Source: Monocercomonoides exilis PA203
Lineage: Eukaryota > Protista > Preaxostyla
Assembly: GCA_001643675.2 (NCBI GenBank)
Contig: LSRY02000016.1
Span: 806,001 to 870,000, forward strand
Reading direction: 5' to 3'
Length of the DNA stretch: 64,000 bases
Positions within the stretch are counted from its first letter, which is position 1. Each line of letters starts with the position of its first letter. The notes under the pieces were generated by a model. The model had not been told where the DNA came from. It worked only from the letters and a program-made list of their open reading frames with translations, and did not search any database. Below, piece after piece: positions 35,001 through 48,300 of this stretch. The position numbers and the translations under genes were made by a program.

Positions 35001-35752
35001 GACGGTGGTGATGATATGGACGATGATGCTTTTTCATCGATATATGTTATCCCCATTCTTTTGTATTCGTATAATAGATCGCAAAGCGACCATTCTGTTG
35101 TCTTCAATCTGTAATTCTCAGAAAGATGATTATATAATGGCATCAACGCTGATTGAAAAACATATGCAAATAAATGACGTTCTGAAACTCCTGCGGGAGT
35201 TTGAGGAAGCTCCAAAAATAAATCTTCAGAAGAGTATAAACTAATTTTTAAATAAAAAGAATGAATTAATAAAATGATAAGTGCATTTGAAAGTAATTGT
35301 TTGCAAAAACAAACGTCACTTGACGATTGTCCTTGAGAGTGAGCTTTAAAACTTGGGAATCCGGCTCTCCATCACGTAGTCGTATTTTTCCTCTCTGAAT
35401 GCCTAGAATTGACTTGAGAGGAATTTGTAATTTTCTGTGCTTCTGACAAAATAATAAAAATTGTCAATTTTTATAAAAAGAAAATATAAACTGTTGCTTG
35501 CTTTTGCCATAGAGGAACGAAGACAAAACGATAGTTTGTGATCCACATGGTTCCGACGAGATGGAGAGAGTTAAAGCCAACACCTGAAAAGCCATTTCTG
35601 CGCAAGCACGTTTCTCCAGGAAGCAAAATTGAGTCGAACAAATTTGCTTCTGAAATTGAAAGAAAAAATAAAAAACAAAATTTAAAAAGTTCAAGCAACA
35701 ACCCCATTTTAAATGTATAAACAATTTTCAAACTATTTTGCTTATTGGCCAT
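29027..35752 (-). CDS. Myotubularin-family phosphoinositide 3-phosphatase (GRAM + PTP domain), spliced at the 5' end
   Basis: GTMWITNYRFVF (GRAM, upstream exon), CETYPPLLCVP, FRSSGRLPVLTY, ICRSSQP, active site VLVHCSDGWDRT, SPVFLQFLDCVHQI, LFGTFFCD. Start codon is inferred. Confidence 0.92.
29544..29617 (-). repeat. 12-bp tandem repeat x6 encoding (SGSV)n
   Basis: cctgagacagag repeated six times perfectly. Confidence 0.95.
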
Positions 35753-36013
35753 CTCCTCTTCGCAGTTATGAAAACGCAAATATGAACAAAGCAAGCTGGT
35801 TTATTGTTTTTTTCGAAATAGCACTTTCATAATGGGTCGAATTGAATAAAAATAAACAATTTCTATTTTCAAAAAAGAATGAAAAGCTTTTCTGCATAAA
35901 ACTTTCATGCAATGATTAGCCCTTTTCATGAATTTTTTATTGAGAAAGAATTTGTTCATTATTTCAGCAACGAATGTTGTTTTATTTTTATTTCGAGAAA
36001 TTGTAACTTCTGT

Positions 36014-36044
<31 letters not shown>

Positions 36045-36779
36045 CGAAAAATATTGCATTATTCTTTATGATTCATTTTTCCAAGTTGTTCATACTTTTT
36101 GAAAAATATTGTGTTTAAATTTATTACATTATTATTTAGTATTTGATTAAATAAATTTCAATTAAAATACATTTCAATTTTGAATTCTGCAAAATGTGGA
36201 TACAATAATAAATCAAGATTATCAAAACTCGTCATAAAGAAAATTTGAAAATAAAAAAAAAAAGTTGGTGATGGTTGTATGATTTTGAAAATATGTTCGA
36301 AATTAATTCACTTTCACATTTACAAGCAAACTTAACAAAGTTGTGGGAAAGAATTGATGTGCCAGCAGCACGATTTATTTCGTGTGCTTCGAAAAACTTC
36401 TCGCAAATTTGTAAAGTTTGTTTGTAAATATGAAAGTGAAATAACACGAACATACTTTCAATATCAAAATAAATAAACACTCAGACAAATCAAACTGAGT
36501 ATGAATAAAATCTAATCACATTTAGCAAAAAAAAAACTTTAAATTAAATATAAATGATAATTCATTGATAAATAAAACAAATCAAAGCGATAAAAAAAAC
36601 AGCAGAAATTAAAATGATAAATAAAAAATGCTTCAAAAGAAGCAAATAAAAGATATAGAGTGAATGGCACTTTTTTTCAAAACGTGCAAAAACCATTTAA
36701 TTTAATCGAATTTTAAAGACAACGCGAAATATTGATATTCGAAAAATGATCAACAAGATCTGCTGAAATTATTCATTAT

Positions 36780-38025
36780 CTAGTATTGGTCATTATCTGT
36801 TCTATTAAAGCTAATTTGTAAATCTTCGTAACCTTCTTCTTCCAACTTCCTTTGAATTGTCATCTTCAACGCAATTTTCTTTTTTTTATCTCTTGCAATT
36901 CCTACGTTTTTTTTCAATCTTTCTGTTAGTGATGATAAAAATATCATCCTTTTATCGGTAGACTGATTATCTGAATTGAATTTGCACATTTCTTCCAAAA
37001 TAAAGCCGATAGTTCTTTCTCCAAAAAAATCGCTTATGTGCAATGTTGAGTTTCTATCCATGCAGGTAACAATTATCGTAATGCATTTCTCAACGGTGCT
37101 TCTGTGATTATCCTTCGCCAGTTCAATCAATCTTGTTGCGCACATAACAAACCAAACACTTTCTTCTTTATCTAAGTTGAATTTCTCTGTATATACACAA
37201 ATTGTTGAGCACCATCTCTCAATAATACCTATTGTTGCCATCTCTTTAATGGTGATATCTTTCTTCTTCCAATTCACACATCCTGCAAGCTTTTCAATTT
37301 CTTCTGTTGATTCTCTCGCAAAATGAATTTCGTCATTATCCAAAGCAAATTCTTTCAGTATGTCATGATACTTGATAAAATAAATATGTAAAGCTGATCG
37401 AAACGCAAGTTGTGAAAGGTTGCGGGAGTTTAGATGTTTACGAATTAATTCTTTAAAGTCTTTGGCATCTGTGTAACATACATCAATCTAATTGTTATAC
37501 ATAAATCAATTTTCATCGAAAAATAATAAAAGATCACACGTCTTTGACATTTAAGTGACAAGCTAATAGTAAAGCTATTTCTTTATCTTTTTGAGCGCAT
37601 TTGCTTTCATTCAGGTCAATTGCAATTCTTAAAAAATAGGACTTGATAGTTCGTTTCCAGCTTCTAAAGTGTTTGTCGATTCGTTCCGATAAAGAAGCAA
37701 AGCATCCGCAGAGATCTTTCACCAGTTTCCCATTCTGTTGCTTTTTTTTCATTTCATCAACCATTATGAATTCAAATCTTCGTCTTAAAAATGAATCATC
37801 AAAGCTTTCATTTTTAATTCCTGCTAAAACCTTGGAATATCCAATGTGCATCAAGAGTGGAAAGATATTTTCCAACGATAATTTGCATCTTGCAATTAAG
37901 TCGTTAAGATCATAATAAAAATCTTCTGTTATGACTGTTTGAAATTCCTTCTCATTCATTGCATCGATCAATCCTTTCAATTCATCAATTTTTATTTTTT
38001 GTTCTGCATAATTGCAATTTTCCAA
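36780..38025 (-). CDS. Lineage-specific multicopy hypothetical protein (helical)
   Basis: Two ORFs joined in frame by the GT-AG intron 37488-37539. Shares FARExxxExExLxxCVxWK and KLEExGYED with 53228-54559. 5' exon unresolved. Confidence 0.75.
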
Positions 38026-39075
38026 CTTTGCAAATGTTTCTGAAAATTATGTTCAAATTTTGTAAAAAAATAAATGATGACATTGCGAGCAAACCGATGA
38101 ATTTTGTAATAGTAGACAACTGTTACGTATTTAAAAATTAGCAGCAGCGTTAATTGTAGCGTAGGTTTGGGATATTTTACAGCACAACATTCAAAAAGAA
38201 GAAGCAAATAAAAAATCGTTATAAGTCAGTTGGCAAACTTCAGACATTAACCAAAATGTTTTAAATGTTTCTTTGAGTATAATGGGTATTTGACCTGCTT
38301 AATGAAACTCAAAATCTTTCGGTTTTTTGATGAAATTTTGTGTATTAAATAACTCAACATAATGTGTTTCATTGCCAAAGAAAAAGCGAGAATCCTTTTT
38401 TTATCCTTTTTTCAAAGAGCAAATATGCGTTAAAGAAAGATGAAATCTGAATAGGACCTTCCAATTTGAATAAAGAGTGTTTTAATGAATAAACAGCCAA
38501 TTTTTGAATAATCATATTATTTATTAAAATAAAGTCTGATCATTCGAAAGAAATATTCTTTTTCACATTTCTAACAATCACTTGTTCTTTATTAAAGTGT
38601 GCAGGCGATTAGAAAAAGAATGATAAAAAAATATTATGCTTCATCTTCAAGTTCGTTCTTTTTTCCTTAAAAAAATGGAAAGCTTTCGCTTGAAATAAGC
38701 ACAAAAAATGTTTCCATTAAAAAATAAAAATATCTATCGCTTGTAAAAGAAAATATGAATTTTTCAAGGTGATGGGGATGTTAATCAGAAAATGTGAAAC
38801 ATTCAAAGTTTTTTTGAACATAAAATAACTTCACCTTCCTTTTCATATGGTGAACTTTTGGAGGAAAAATTGTTATTTGCATCATGACGTAAATGAACTT
38901 TTTTCTTTCCTTTTTTTTTTTTCCATTGTTATACAATTAAAAACAAAATTTTGGAACGCTTCTCTTTTTTTATATGATGATATTGTCAATTATAAAAATG
39001 TTGTTGATATTTTTAAAAGAAAAACATAAAAAGAATGTTGATTTTTGATAATTTTTAAAAAAATAATGGTTAGAT

Positions 39076-42000
39076 ATGATAATTGATATTTTTCTTCTTG
39101 TTATTAATGTTAGATTAATTGGTGAATGCATATTTCGTTCTGGCAACATATATAATTATGATTATTTTTTGAACTGTGCGAGTACTATTCCAGTTTGCTG
39201 TTAGAAGCGCATTTTTCACATGTTTTAATAAAAATTTTTGTATTAATTTTCACTGAAATTTTCTTTCATTTGTTTATTTTTAATTTTTTTTTTCTTTTGA
39301 GTACTACATTAGAAATAGCGAGTCCCGCAAAACTATCGCTTCAATAAAAGAACATTTAAAGGATTATGCATATTTAGATGAATCTTTTTATTTGAAAGCT
39401 TGGTCATCAACTCCAGAGAAAGATATTTTAAAGCGAATTGATACAATTGGAATAACTCAATATGATAATGGCTTTAAGTTTTATCAAGCTCTTGGGAAAG
39501 AGATATCATTTTTTAAAGATGGAAACATGCAACTGACTTCCCCGTGCTTTGAGCGGTTCATTGCAATTTTGCCTTTTGGTATTACTGCTTCAGTCGATGA
39601 AACAAGTCAATTTTTCATTCATATTTATGCAACGCCTCCATATTTCTTGAGCGCATTTCAGCGGCATATTTCAGAGAATAAGGAGGATATAACTGGATAT
39701 GAAATTTTGAGGATATCGGTAGATGGAAAACATTTTCCGTTAGAGCCTTCCTGGAAAACGATTCGATCGTGGGCAAACGACAATTTAAGTTTCTCAAAAG
39801 ATGCTTCTGGTCGTTTTAACTGTGCAATTGCGAGTGAATGGGCTGCAAGAGATTGCTCACGTTGGTATTTACCTGAGAAAGAAGCTATGAAATATGAAGT
39901 CAGAGATTTGAATGGAATAGTTAAAGAGGTGGAGATCAAGTGGTACATTTACAGCACTACGGATTCGACGACAATTGATTCGTTATGCTCTTTGACATCC
40001 TCAAATCATGGATTGAATGAAAACATTGAAAATCAACAAAATTTGAGAGAAAATAGAAATTACTTTTGTTCCAAAAGTACAAAATATCTCTCAAAAACAG
40101 AAGAATTGCGCAGAGAAAAAAAGATGACTCAAAACAAGAAATTTATTCAAAACGTGTTTTTTGCAAATTCTGCAAGTTCTTTAAAATCAGATGGAAATAT
40201 CTATCCAGATGGCCTTTTCAGCAATCTTACACTGCATTCTGACATCTCATCTGATAAAATTAATACTGGTGGCATTCGTGTTTTATCCGAAAGCTCTGAC
40301 ATAAGCGCATTTCTTGATGAATCGCACAATATTGGCGTGATTTCTATTCGATCTTTCTCTTCCACATCTGCCTTTGCCCAGAGCTTCTTTAGCGCTCTTT
40401 CCACAATCCTTGCCAGTGCTTCCTTTCCTCCCTCATTCAATGCCAACACACACCAGCCATCCAGCACAGCACAGAAAGCGCGGTTGATTCTCGATCTTCG
40501 GCAGAACAGTGGCGGAAGCGCTGCAGCTGCAGATTCTGTTCTGAAACTCCTCTGGCCGAAGGAGTGGGGCCTGTCTGAAGAGGCGGAAGTGAGGAAGAGC
40601 TCTTTCATGGAGCAGCTGCAGGCGGTCCTGAAGCAGACAGAGAGGAATGTGCTGTATTGGAACAAGACGACGCTGAGTGATGTGAGTGAAGGGTGGTACA
40701 AAACAGAGAGGGAGAGAGAGTATTCGATGGAAGATACCAGCAGAGCATTGGAGATGGAGAGAAGCAGCTTGACAAAAAGCAGATTGTCTGATGATGATCA
40801 TGATTATGATGATGCAATGGATGTTGATGTTGAATCTGATAGAAAACAAAAGAAGCAGAGATTTCTGTTGAATAGAAATGCGTTCAGACAGAAATTTTCA
40901 TTTTGGAGAGAATTGGTTTCATTGTTATTTCAGCTTTTTCATTTCACTTCTGCTTCATCTTCTTCGCTTGATCCACCAACTTCACCTTCGCCATTATCTT
41001 CTTCTGCTTCGACTTCGAACAACGAAAGGAACATCTCTTCTTCCTCCTTCTCTTCCTCTTCCTCTTCCACATATTCCCGCTCCTTTTCAATGCCTGTGTC
41101 ACTCTCATATCCGCTCCAGGATCTCTTTGCTTCGCACACAGCTGGCTGGTCATTTGCCAACAAAACGCTTTTCTCCCCTCAAAATGTGATGCTCCTTTCA
41201 GACGGAATCTGCAGCGGCGTCTGTGCAAGTTTTGTGGCTCGAATAAGAGAAAGAAACTTGGCAAAGGGAATGTTTTTTGGGGGTGTTCCAGATGAAAGTG
41301 AGGAAGTTGCGGATGAATTGTTGGTTAATAATGCTGAAAATAATTGTGGATTGAATTCGACAGTGTTTTTGGATCAGTTTGAGATGAATAATGTAACAAG
41401 CCGAAAACAACAAAAATTGTCTTCATCAATTTCATCAAACAATTTTTCAACCACCCAAAAAGAAAGCAATTGTCAGACTAATTTGTCCACTTCACGCATT
41501 TCAACCACAAATCCTTATTCACATCACTCTTCTTCCTCTTCTTCTTCTTATTCATCATCTTCTTCCTCTTCCTCTTCCTCTTCCTCTTCCTCTTCCTCTT
41601 CCACAAACCTTCTTGCGTCCTCTCCCAGCACCCGAGTCATCACATCCTCTCAAATAAACTCACTTGGATATAGTTTTTCGTCTCTCATGAACACTTCCTC
41701 GTTCCCTTCTCAGTTTCCGAGGCAAGGAACAGAGCTGCAGATGCCATTTATGCGTTCTCTATCAACCGATCCATTTTTGGGGTATCGTGTTGTTGTGGAG
41801 AAGCTGAGCAATGCCAAAGTTAGCATTTCTGTGAAAAGTAAGAAAAACCATTTGAACACAGCAAAATTTCAAAGAGCTTCACAAGAGACAAGTGAATATT
41901 TAGTGTCAGAGCATGCTGAGTTTAGTTCTGTTTATGATTTTCTGAAGGCGCCAAGCATTTTGGAGCATGTTCCGCTGTATGCAGATGCTGATGTCCAGAT

Positions 42001-43876
42001 TTATCCGACGGGAAATGGCGGAGATTTTTCTGTGGAGAAAATAGCAGAAGCGGTTGGTGCTGTTGATGCTTACTGGAAGAAGTGCTTTGAATGGGAAGTT
42101 TTAGCAGTGAGTGAAGAAGAGGAAGAGGAAGAAGAAGAAGGAAAAGAGATGATGAATGAGGAACAGAGAAGATTTGAAACAAAAAGAAAAAGAACTTTGA
42201 AAGAAGGAGAAAATAGAGAAGGTGCTTTTGATTACAAATTGAAGTCAAATGAAGAAAAAGAAGGAAATAAAATTGGAATTAAAGAGAAAGTGAATAAAAA
42301 CAATAAAAAAAATAAAGAAAACAAAGATGATAATGATGATCATAATAATGATGATGCGCCAGAATCTCCCACATTGCACATGATCTTTGGCCATCCCTGT
42401 GACACAGCAAGCGGCCAGTTCGATTTCTCCAGACTTGTCTTTGCGAAATGCGAAGACGGATTTCACATTCAACTCCTGGTGAATGGAACAACTAGAATCA
42501 CTTCTCCTTCACATTCATCTTTCATCAGCTTCTTTTCGAATGCCAAAGGTTTTGATAGGACAAATGTTGTCCCACCAGAAAAGATCCCGTTTCGCTGTGT
42601 GAACAATTACGAGCCTCTGGTGACGATTAAGCCAGCAGCGGCAGATGACACTCAAATCAATCAGCTTCAGAAGCAGGTAAAAACATACAAGACAAGCACA
42701 ATTGTGTTCAGTGTCTTGTTTTCTGTGTGTTTCGTGTGTTTTGTTGGGGTAATTGTCGTGTTTTGTGTGATTTTGAGAAGGAAAACGAAGGAAAACGACT
42801 TGCTTTCTTTGCTTTTGCTGGAAAGCGACGAAGATTCTGCACAGTTGAGAGAGCTGACTGGACAGAGCAATTTTCCTCTTCCTCATCAACAACAACAGCT
42901 TCAGCAGCAGCATCAGTCTCAGCGTGATTCTATCATTGAAAACACTCAAAGACAAAGACAAAAGCAAAGCCAGAAGCAGAAGGAGAAGGAGAAGCAAAAA
43001 CAGAATCAAGAAAAAAATCAAAAACAAACACAAAAACAAAATCAAAGACAAATTCAAAGACAAAGAAGAGAAGAGCTTGATGGAAATGAAAGAATGAACA
43101 GCAGAGCAAGTCAGATGGAGATGGTTGATGATGATGTTGATGTTCATGCAATCAGAACGGGAAAGAAGAGGAATGAAGCAAACAATCAAAACAGACAGAA
43201 AATACAGAGCTCAACACGAAATATGTCAAATAACAGAATGAGGGAAGTATCAAATGAAGAAGAAGAAGAAGGAGTGGAAGAGGAAATGGAAGGAACTGAA
43301 GCAGAAGAAGCAGAAATGGAAGAAGCAAATGAGGAAGAAAGAGAAGAAGAAAGAGAAGAACAAGTTGGCAGAAACAGTTCAGAAAGAGCCAAAGATCGCA
43401 AAGGGAAGCTGACGGTGAGCGTTTCTGTGCCTCCAGTCGATTTGAGCCGTTCAGTCGGGTTTTTGTCTCCTTCTTCTTCTTCTTCTTCTTCTTCTTCAAG
43501 TTCATCATCAGATATCCTTTTTTTGAATTCAATGCACAGTGAAAGAGATCAGGTGCAAGATGGAATTCCTCTTTTCTTTCCTTTCTCTTCACCAATGCCT
43601 TCTTCTTCTGCTTCTGTTTCATCTTCCTCTTCCTCTTCTTCCTCTTCCTCTTCCTCTTCTCCTTCATTGTGTGCTTTTGGCTTTTCAACAGAAAGAATTG
43701 CTGCTTCGATGGAACTAATGCCTCATCACTCTTCTCATTCTCATGAAGAGCAGCCGCCTCCCTATTCACATGTATTGAACAAGAAGATGAGTGCCAATAT
43801 TTACAGCAGCCATAATGAAGGCGATTCCAATTATGGACAAGATAACACGTTTGAAAGCATTTCACCTGAAACCTGA
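39076..43876 (+). CDS. Type I membrane protein with an S41 (CPAF/tail-specific protease)-like ectodomain
   Basis: Signal-like exon 39076-39192 and in-frame intron 39193-39301. Motifs LILDLRQNSGGS, LLSDGICSGVCASF, FFGGVP. One TM helix (IVFSVLFS...VILRRK) and a low-complexity tail. Confidence 0.7.
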
Positions 43877-44393
43877 ATTTTTTATATATTTATATTGAAG
43901 CAAATGGTAAGAGATTTTCTTTCAAAAAAAATAATTATTTTTTTATTTTTTTATTGTTTATTCGCTGAGAAATAGAAAGCGTTTCAATGAAATAAATATA
44001 CGTACATTTAACAATCACATTTATTTGAAAATTAGATTCATTTTTTTTTTTAATGTTCTTTGTAGTTCTGTTTAAGTTCTCGATATTAAATTGTTCTTGA
44101 TCTTCATTTTTGAAACTTTTTTTGTTTGTATAATCTTAATATATTCTTCGTAGCATCATTGATATTACAATTAATCATATTTAAAGTTATTACGATTTTT
44201 GTTTTTTATTTTGGGCTATTCAAAGAATTTGACATACACCATAATTATTAATATATATGTTTTCGGCAATTGTCTTTTTTTGCTTTTATGAACAATATGA
44301 ACAATTTTATTGCAAATGAGAAATGATTATCCGATTTCAATCAGTTTATGAGTTTCTCCGAAAAAATGAAGAAATACCATAATAAATTTAAAG

Positions 44394-45015
44394 ATGTCAG
44401 TCATGGATAAGATTCGGAGTCGTCGCTCGTGCAGAAAGGTATTGTGCACAAGTTCTTTTGCTTTTCGTTTATAGTTGTTGAATTTATTGATCATAAACAT
44501 GTTAGTATGATCCAAAGCCAGTTCCTAAGGAAACAATAATGCAACTTATTGAAGCAGCACGCCTTGCTCCTTCTGGAAGAAATCTGCAACCTTGGTTTTT
44601 CTATGTTGTGACAAACATGGAGCGAAACCAGAAAATTGGAAAAGAAATTGAGCCCAGACTCATTGAATCTGTCCCTGCATATGCTGGTGCAGCTGAAAAG
44701 ATGGGAGTTAGCAACATGCTTTTTTATGATGCGCCTGTTGTCATTTATTGCACTATCAAGAAGGACGGAATTGACACCAAAGAGCTCGACATGGGATTGG
44801 CACTGGAAAATTTGATGCTTGTTGCAGAAGAACTGGGACTTGGCACCGTTCCAGTTGGATGGGCAAAAGTTTATGGAACTGACATTGTTACAAAAGAACT
44901 TGAAATTCCGGACGATGAGCAATTTATTATTAGCATGTGCGTAGGATATCCCGACAAATCAGTTACGCGCTCACCAAAAGATAGACATGAAGTTGTTGCA
45001 AAGTTTTTTGAGTAG
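44394..45015 (+). CDS. FMN-dependent nitroreductase-family protein
   Basis: Exon 44394-44438 (IRSRRSCRK), intron 44439-44505, then YDPKPV...ARLAPSGRNLQPW...DMGLALENLMLVAEELGLGT...VGYP. Confidence 0.93.
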
Positions 45016-45367
45016 AGATTGAAGATTACTTTCGCATTTTTTTGTTTTCATTTATGAAATGAGGGTGTTAGTCTTTGTAAACTTTTTTTTTGCGTTTGCG
45101 TGTTTCATTCCGCCTATATCATAATTTTTGAGATCATCATTTGATTCAACTTTTGTAAAATGTTAATAGAATTTAAAAAACACATGTCTTTATTTTTTTG
45201 AAAAATTAAAGTGATTTGATAAAATAGCACAAATATAAAAACTCAAATAAAAGAGTGATAGTGAAACAATAACGATTCAACTCAAACAAAAAAATAACAT
45301 TTGTCAAATTCTTTTGGATAACAGTGATTTGTACAAACAGAAGTTGCTTGTGATCGAAGCTCATCTC

Positions 45368-48300
45368 TCAAAGCAGTGGAAGTTTCTCTTCTTCTGATAT
45401 TTCATCTTCATCCTCGTCTTCATCATCCAAATCATCATCATCCAAACCTTCTATTTCAACATTTCCGTATCTATGCTGTCGCCTCTTCTTCCTGCGTTCC
45501 TCTCTTTCTTGTTCTTTCTTTCTCTCTTCTTCTTCCCTCTTCAGTTCTTTGATTTTGTTTTGCACTTTTTCTTCCACTTGAGCTTCCCACAAAAGACGCA
45601 CTGCCTCAACTGGTGTCATCACCGGCATTTCCTCTTCTCCTTTCTCGTCTGCAGAGTTATCATTCTCATCTTTCTCTCTTTCTGTGACTTCACTTGACGA
45701 AAGAATAGAAAGCGCACTTGACGGATGCTTGTTGGAATAAGCCAGTTGCATCGATTGGGAGGTGAGTGGTTGAGGGGTCGATGAAGTGAGAAGTGATGTG
45801 TGATGAACAGCAGAAACAAGATCAGCCACGCCTCGTGATGTGCCTAGGACATCGTCGTTGTCAATATCGTCAATAACTGCAAGCGGCGAGGCTGATAAGA
45901 AAGCAGATTTCGGAGAAGAGAAAGAAGAGGAAGCAATTGGAGATGAAGTGATATCAGTTGAACGACTTGTTGTAGAAGGAGATGAAAGTGCGTTGTTGTG
46001 GACTGAAGCTGATTTTGATGGAGAGAGTGGAGTGAAAGGATATATCGGAGGAGCAGTGGCGCCTGGAAATGGAGATACGACTTCTCTTAGAGATTTATTC
46101 GCTTGCTCTTCTTTCTCCCTAATCTTCTGTTCTTTCTTCTTCTGAATGATTTTGTCTTTGCCTTCCTGCTTCCACAGCAGGAACCAGCGTCGGATGTTGG
46201 AAATAGCGTCTGCTGCAGCGTCTTGTGTGCCAGCGTCGGTGCTGGTGACGCATTCTGTCAGGAGCTCCACACACCCACAGCGACGGAGCAAAAGAGAATT
46301 TTCGCGGTTAAATGAGACCATTCGCACAGCCAGCACAACTGCGCGGAGGAAAGATGTGTCGTCAATCAAAGTGATTGGAGATGCTGATATTGTGAATGAT
46401 GATGACGAGGAGGAAGAAGAGGATGATAACGATGATGACGAAGCAGAAACTGAAGTGGGTTTTGATGAAGAAGATGTGGAAGGTCTATTTGTTGATGCTA
46501 GTGGTGAAGAAGAATTAATAGTGGAGGACAGAGATGATGATGATGAGGCTAAAGCTGAAGAAGAAGAAGAAGAAGAAGAAGAAGAAGCATTTTTGGGAGT
46601 CGGTGCAGTGTACTTCAAATAGCTCTTCTGTTTCATCGGCGCTTGCTTCACTTCGCTTTTCGGCTTCTTCTTCTGCGCAATGCGCAAGAAATCCACCAAA
46701 AGCGGAATTGATCCGAGCTGTCCGAAAAGCCAAGCCGTGTCGTCAGTTCGGCAAGTCGCTGCAACTGCCTTGCTGATCTGCACAATCAGCGTTCTGTCGC
46801 GTGTCGACATCAGCACAGACATCAGCGGCATCACCCCAATCTCAACCATCACTGCCAAATTCTCATCGTTCATCGCCAGTTTGCTCACAAGCCCGCACCC
46901 AGCACCACAAACACCGTCATCGCTGGAGCCCACCATCTCAACAACCTGCTCAAGCGCTCCCACGTACTGCCTTCCAATCATTCCGGCGTTCGTCTCCCAT
47001 CCGATCAGCCTTTCCAGAGCTGCTCCAGCCGAAATCAGCACCAACGGAGACTGAGATGAAAGAAGCGACCACAGCAGCTTTACTCCATCTTGCTTCAGCA
47101 TGATCTGCACAGACTCCGCCTCGCTTCCGCACTCGCACAAAGTGTTGCACACAGCTATCAGCAGTGCCTCCTTCATTGCTCCAGACAGAAGACTCAGCAT
47201 GTACACAAGCCCTCCTTTCTCTCTCATCACCTGCTTGCCTGATGGGAGTCGGCATAACACCTCCAATGCACTGGCTGCATGAACTTGCACGTTTGTTGTC
47301 GAAGACAAATCTCTCTGCGAAACAGAAGGACTTGAAGATCCCGTTCCAGAAGCAGATGAAGAATATTCCTTTCTCACAACAAGAAGAGACAGAAGATCTG
47401 TCATGCAATGTGCTACCATCCATTCTACGCTCTCGTCATCTCCATCCATCGCCCGCACACAGTCTGCCAACCCTGTGATGATGCAGTCTTTCATGTTGAC
47501 GTACAGACTGGGCTTGATAAAATCGTTTCTGACTTCTTCGTTCTTATCTGAGCTGCTCTTTTCTGATCGATTTTGATTGTTGCTGTTATTGTTGTTACTG
47601 CTGCTAATGCCTTTTTGAAGTTCTCTGAACATTGCTCGTTCTTTTTCCTGCTCTAATTCTCTTTCCTTTGCTTCACGTTTCTCCTGCTCCGCTTGCAAAA
47701 TAGCTATTTCCCTTTTCTTTCTGTCTTGTGCATACTCCTTCAGCAATGTCTCAACAGCTGGCAGTCCATCAATTATCCTCATCTCCTTTTGCATCCACTC
47801 GTTCGCAGCACACAAACGGCCAACCACAACAATTGACAGCTGCAACGTTTCTTCCACAATATCTTCCTCATTCTCTGCCATTTTGTAGTTCATGCCAAGC
47901 TTTGCTTTCTTTCCTGCTGTATTTGCATTCTCTCCTTCTTTCTCTTTCTCTTTCTCTTTTTCTTTTTCTCCTCCCTTTACAGCCACCCCAGAGAAAGGTG
48001 CTCCTCTTTTGACACTTGCATTATATCCACCCACACCAGTGTATGCTCCACTCCCATCGCTTCCAGAGCTCGCAGTATTTCCGCTTCCGCTTGTTTTGTT
48101 CTTCGTTTCCTTCAGTTTCTCTCTGCACCACAACATAAGTCTCACTCCTTCAAGCAGAGCATCCGAAGCGAAAAGAGGAACGGACAGTGAATTCTCCAAG
48201 CACAAATGCGACAGAATCCCAACAAGAGAGCGGATCAGATTGATCGACGTGAGGTTTGCTTTCTGCTTTGCATATTCTATCACATGGGGCCAGTTGCGCG

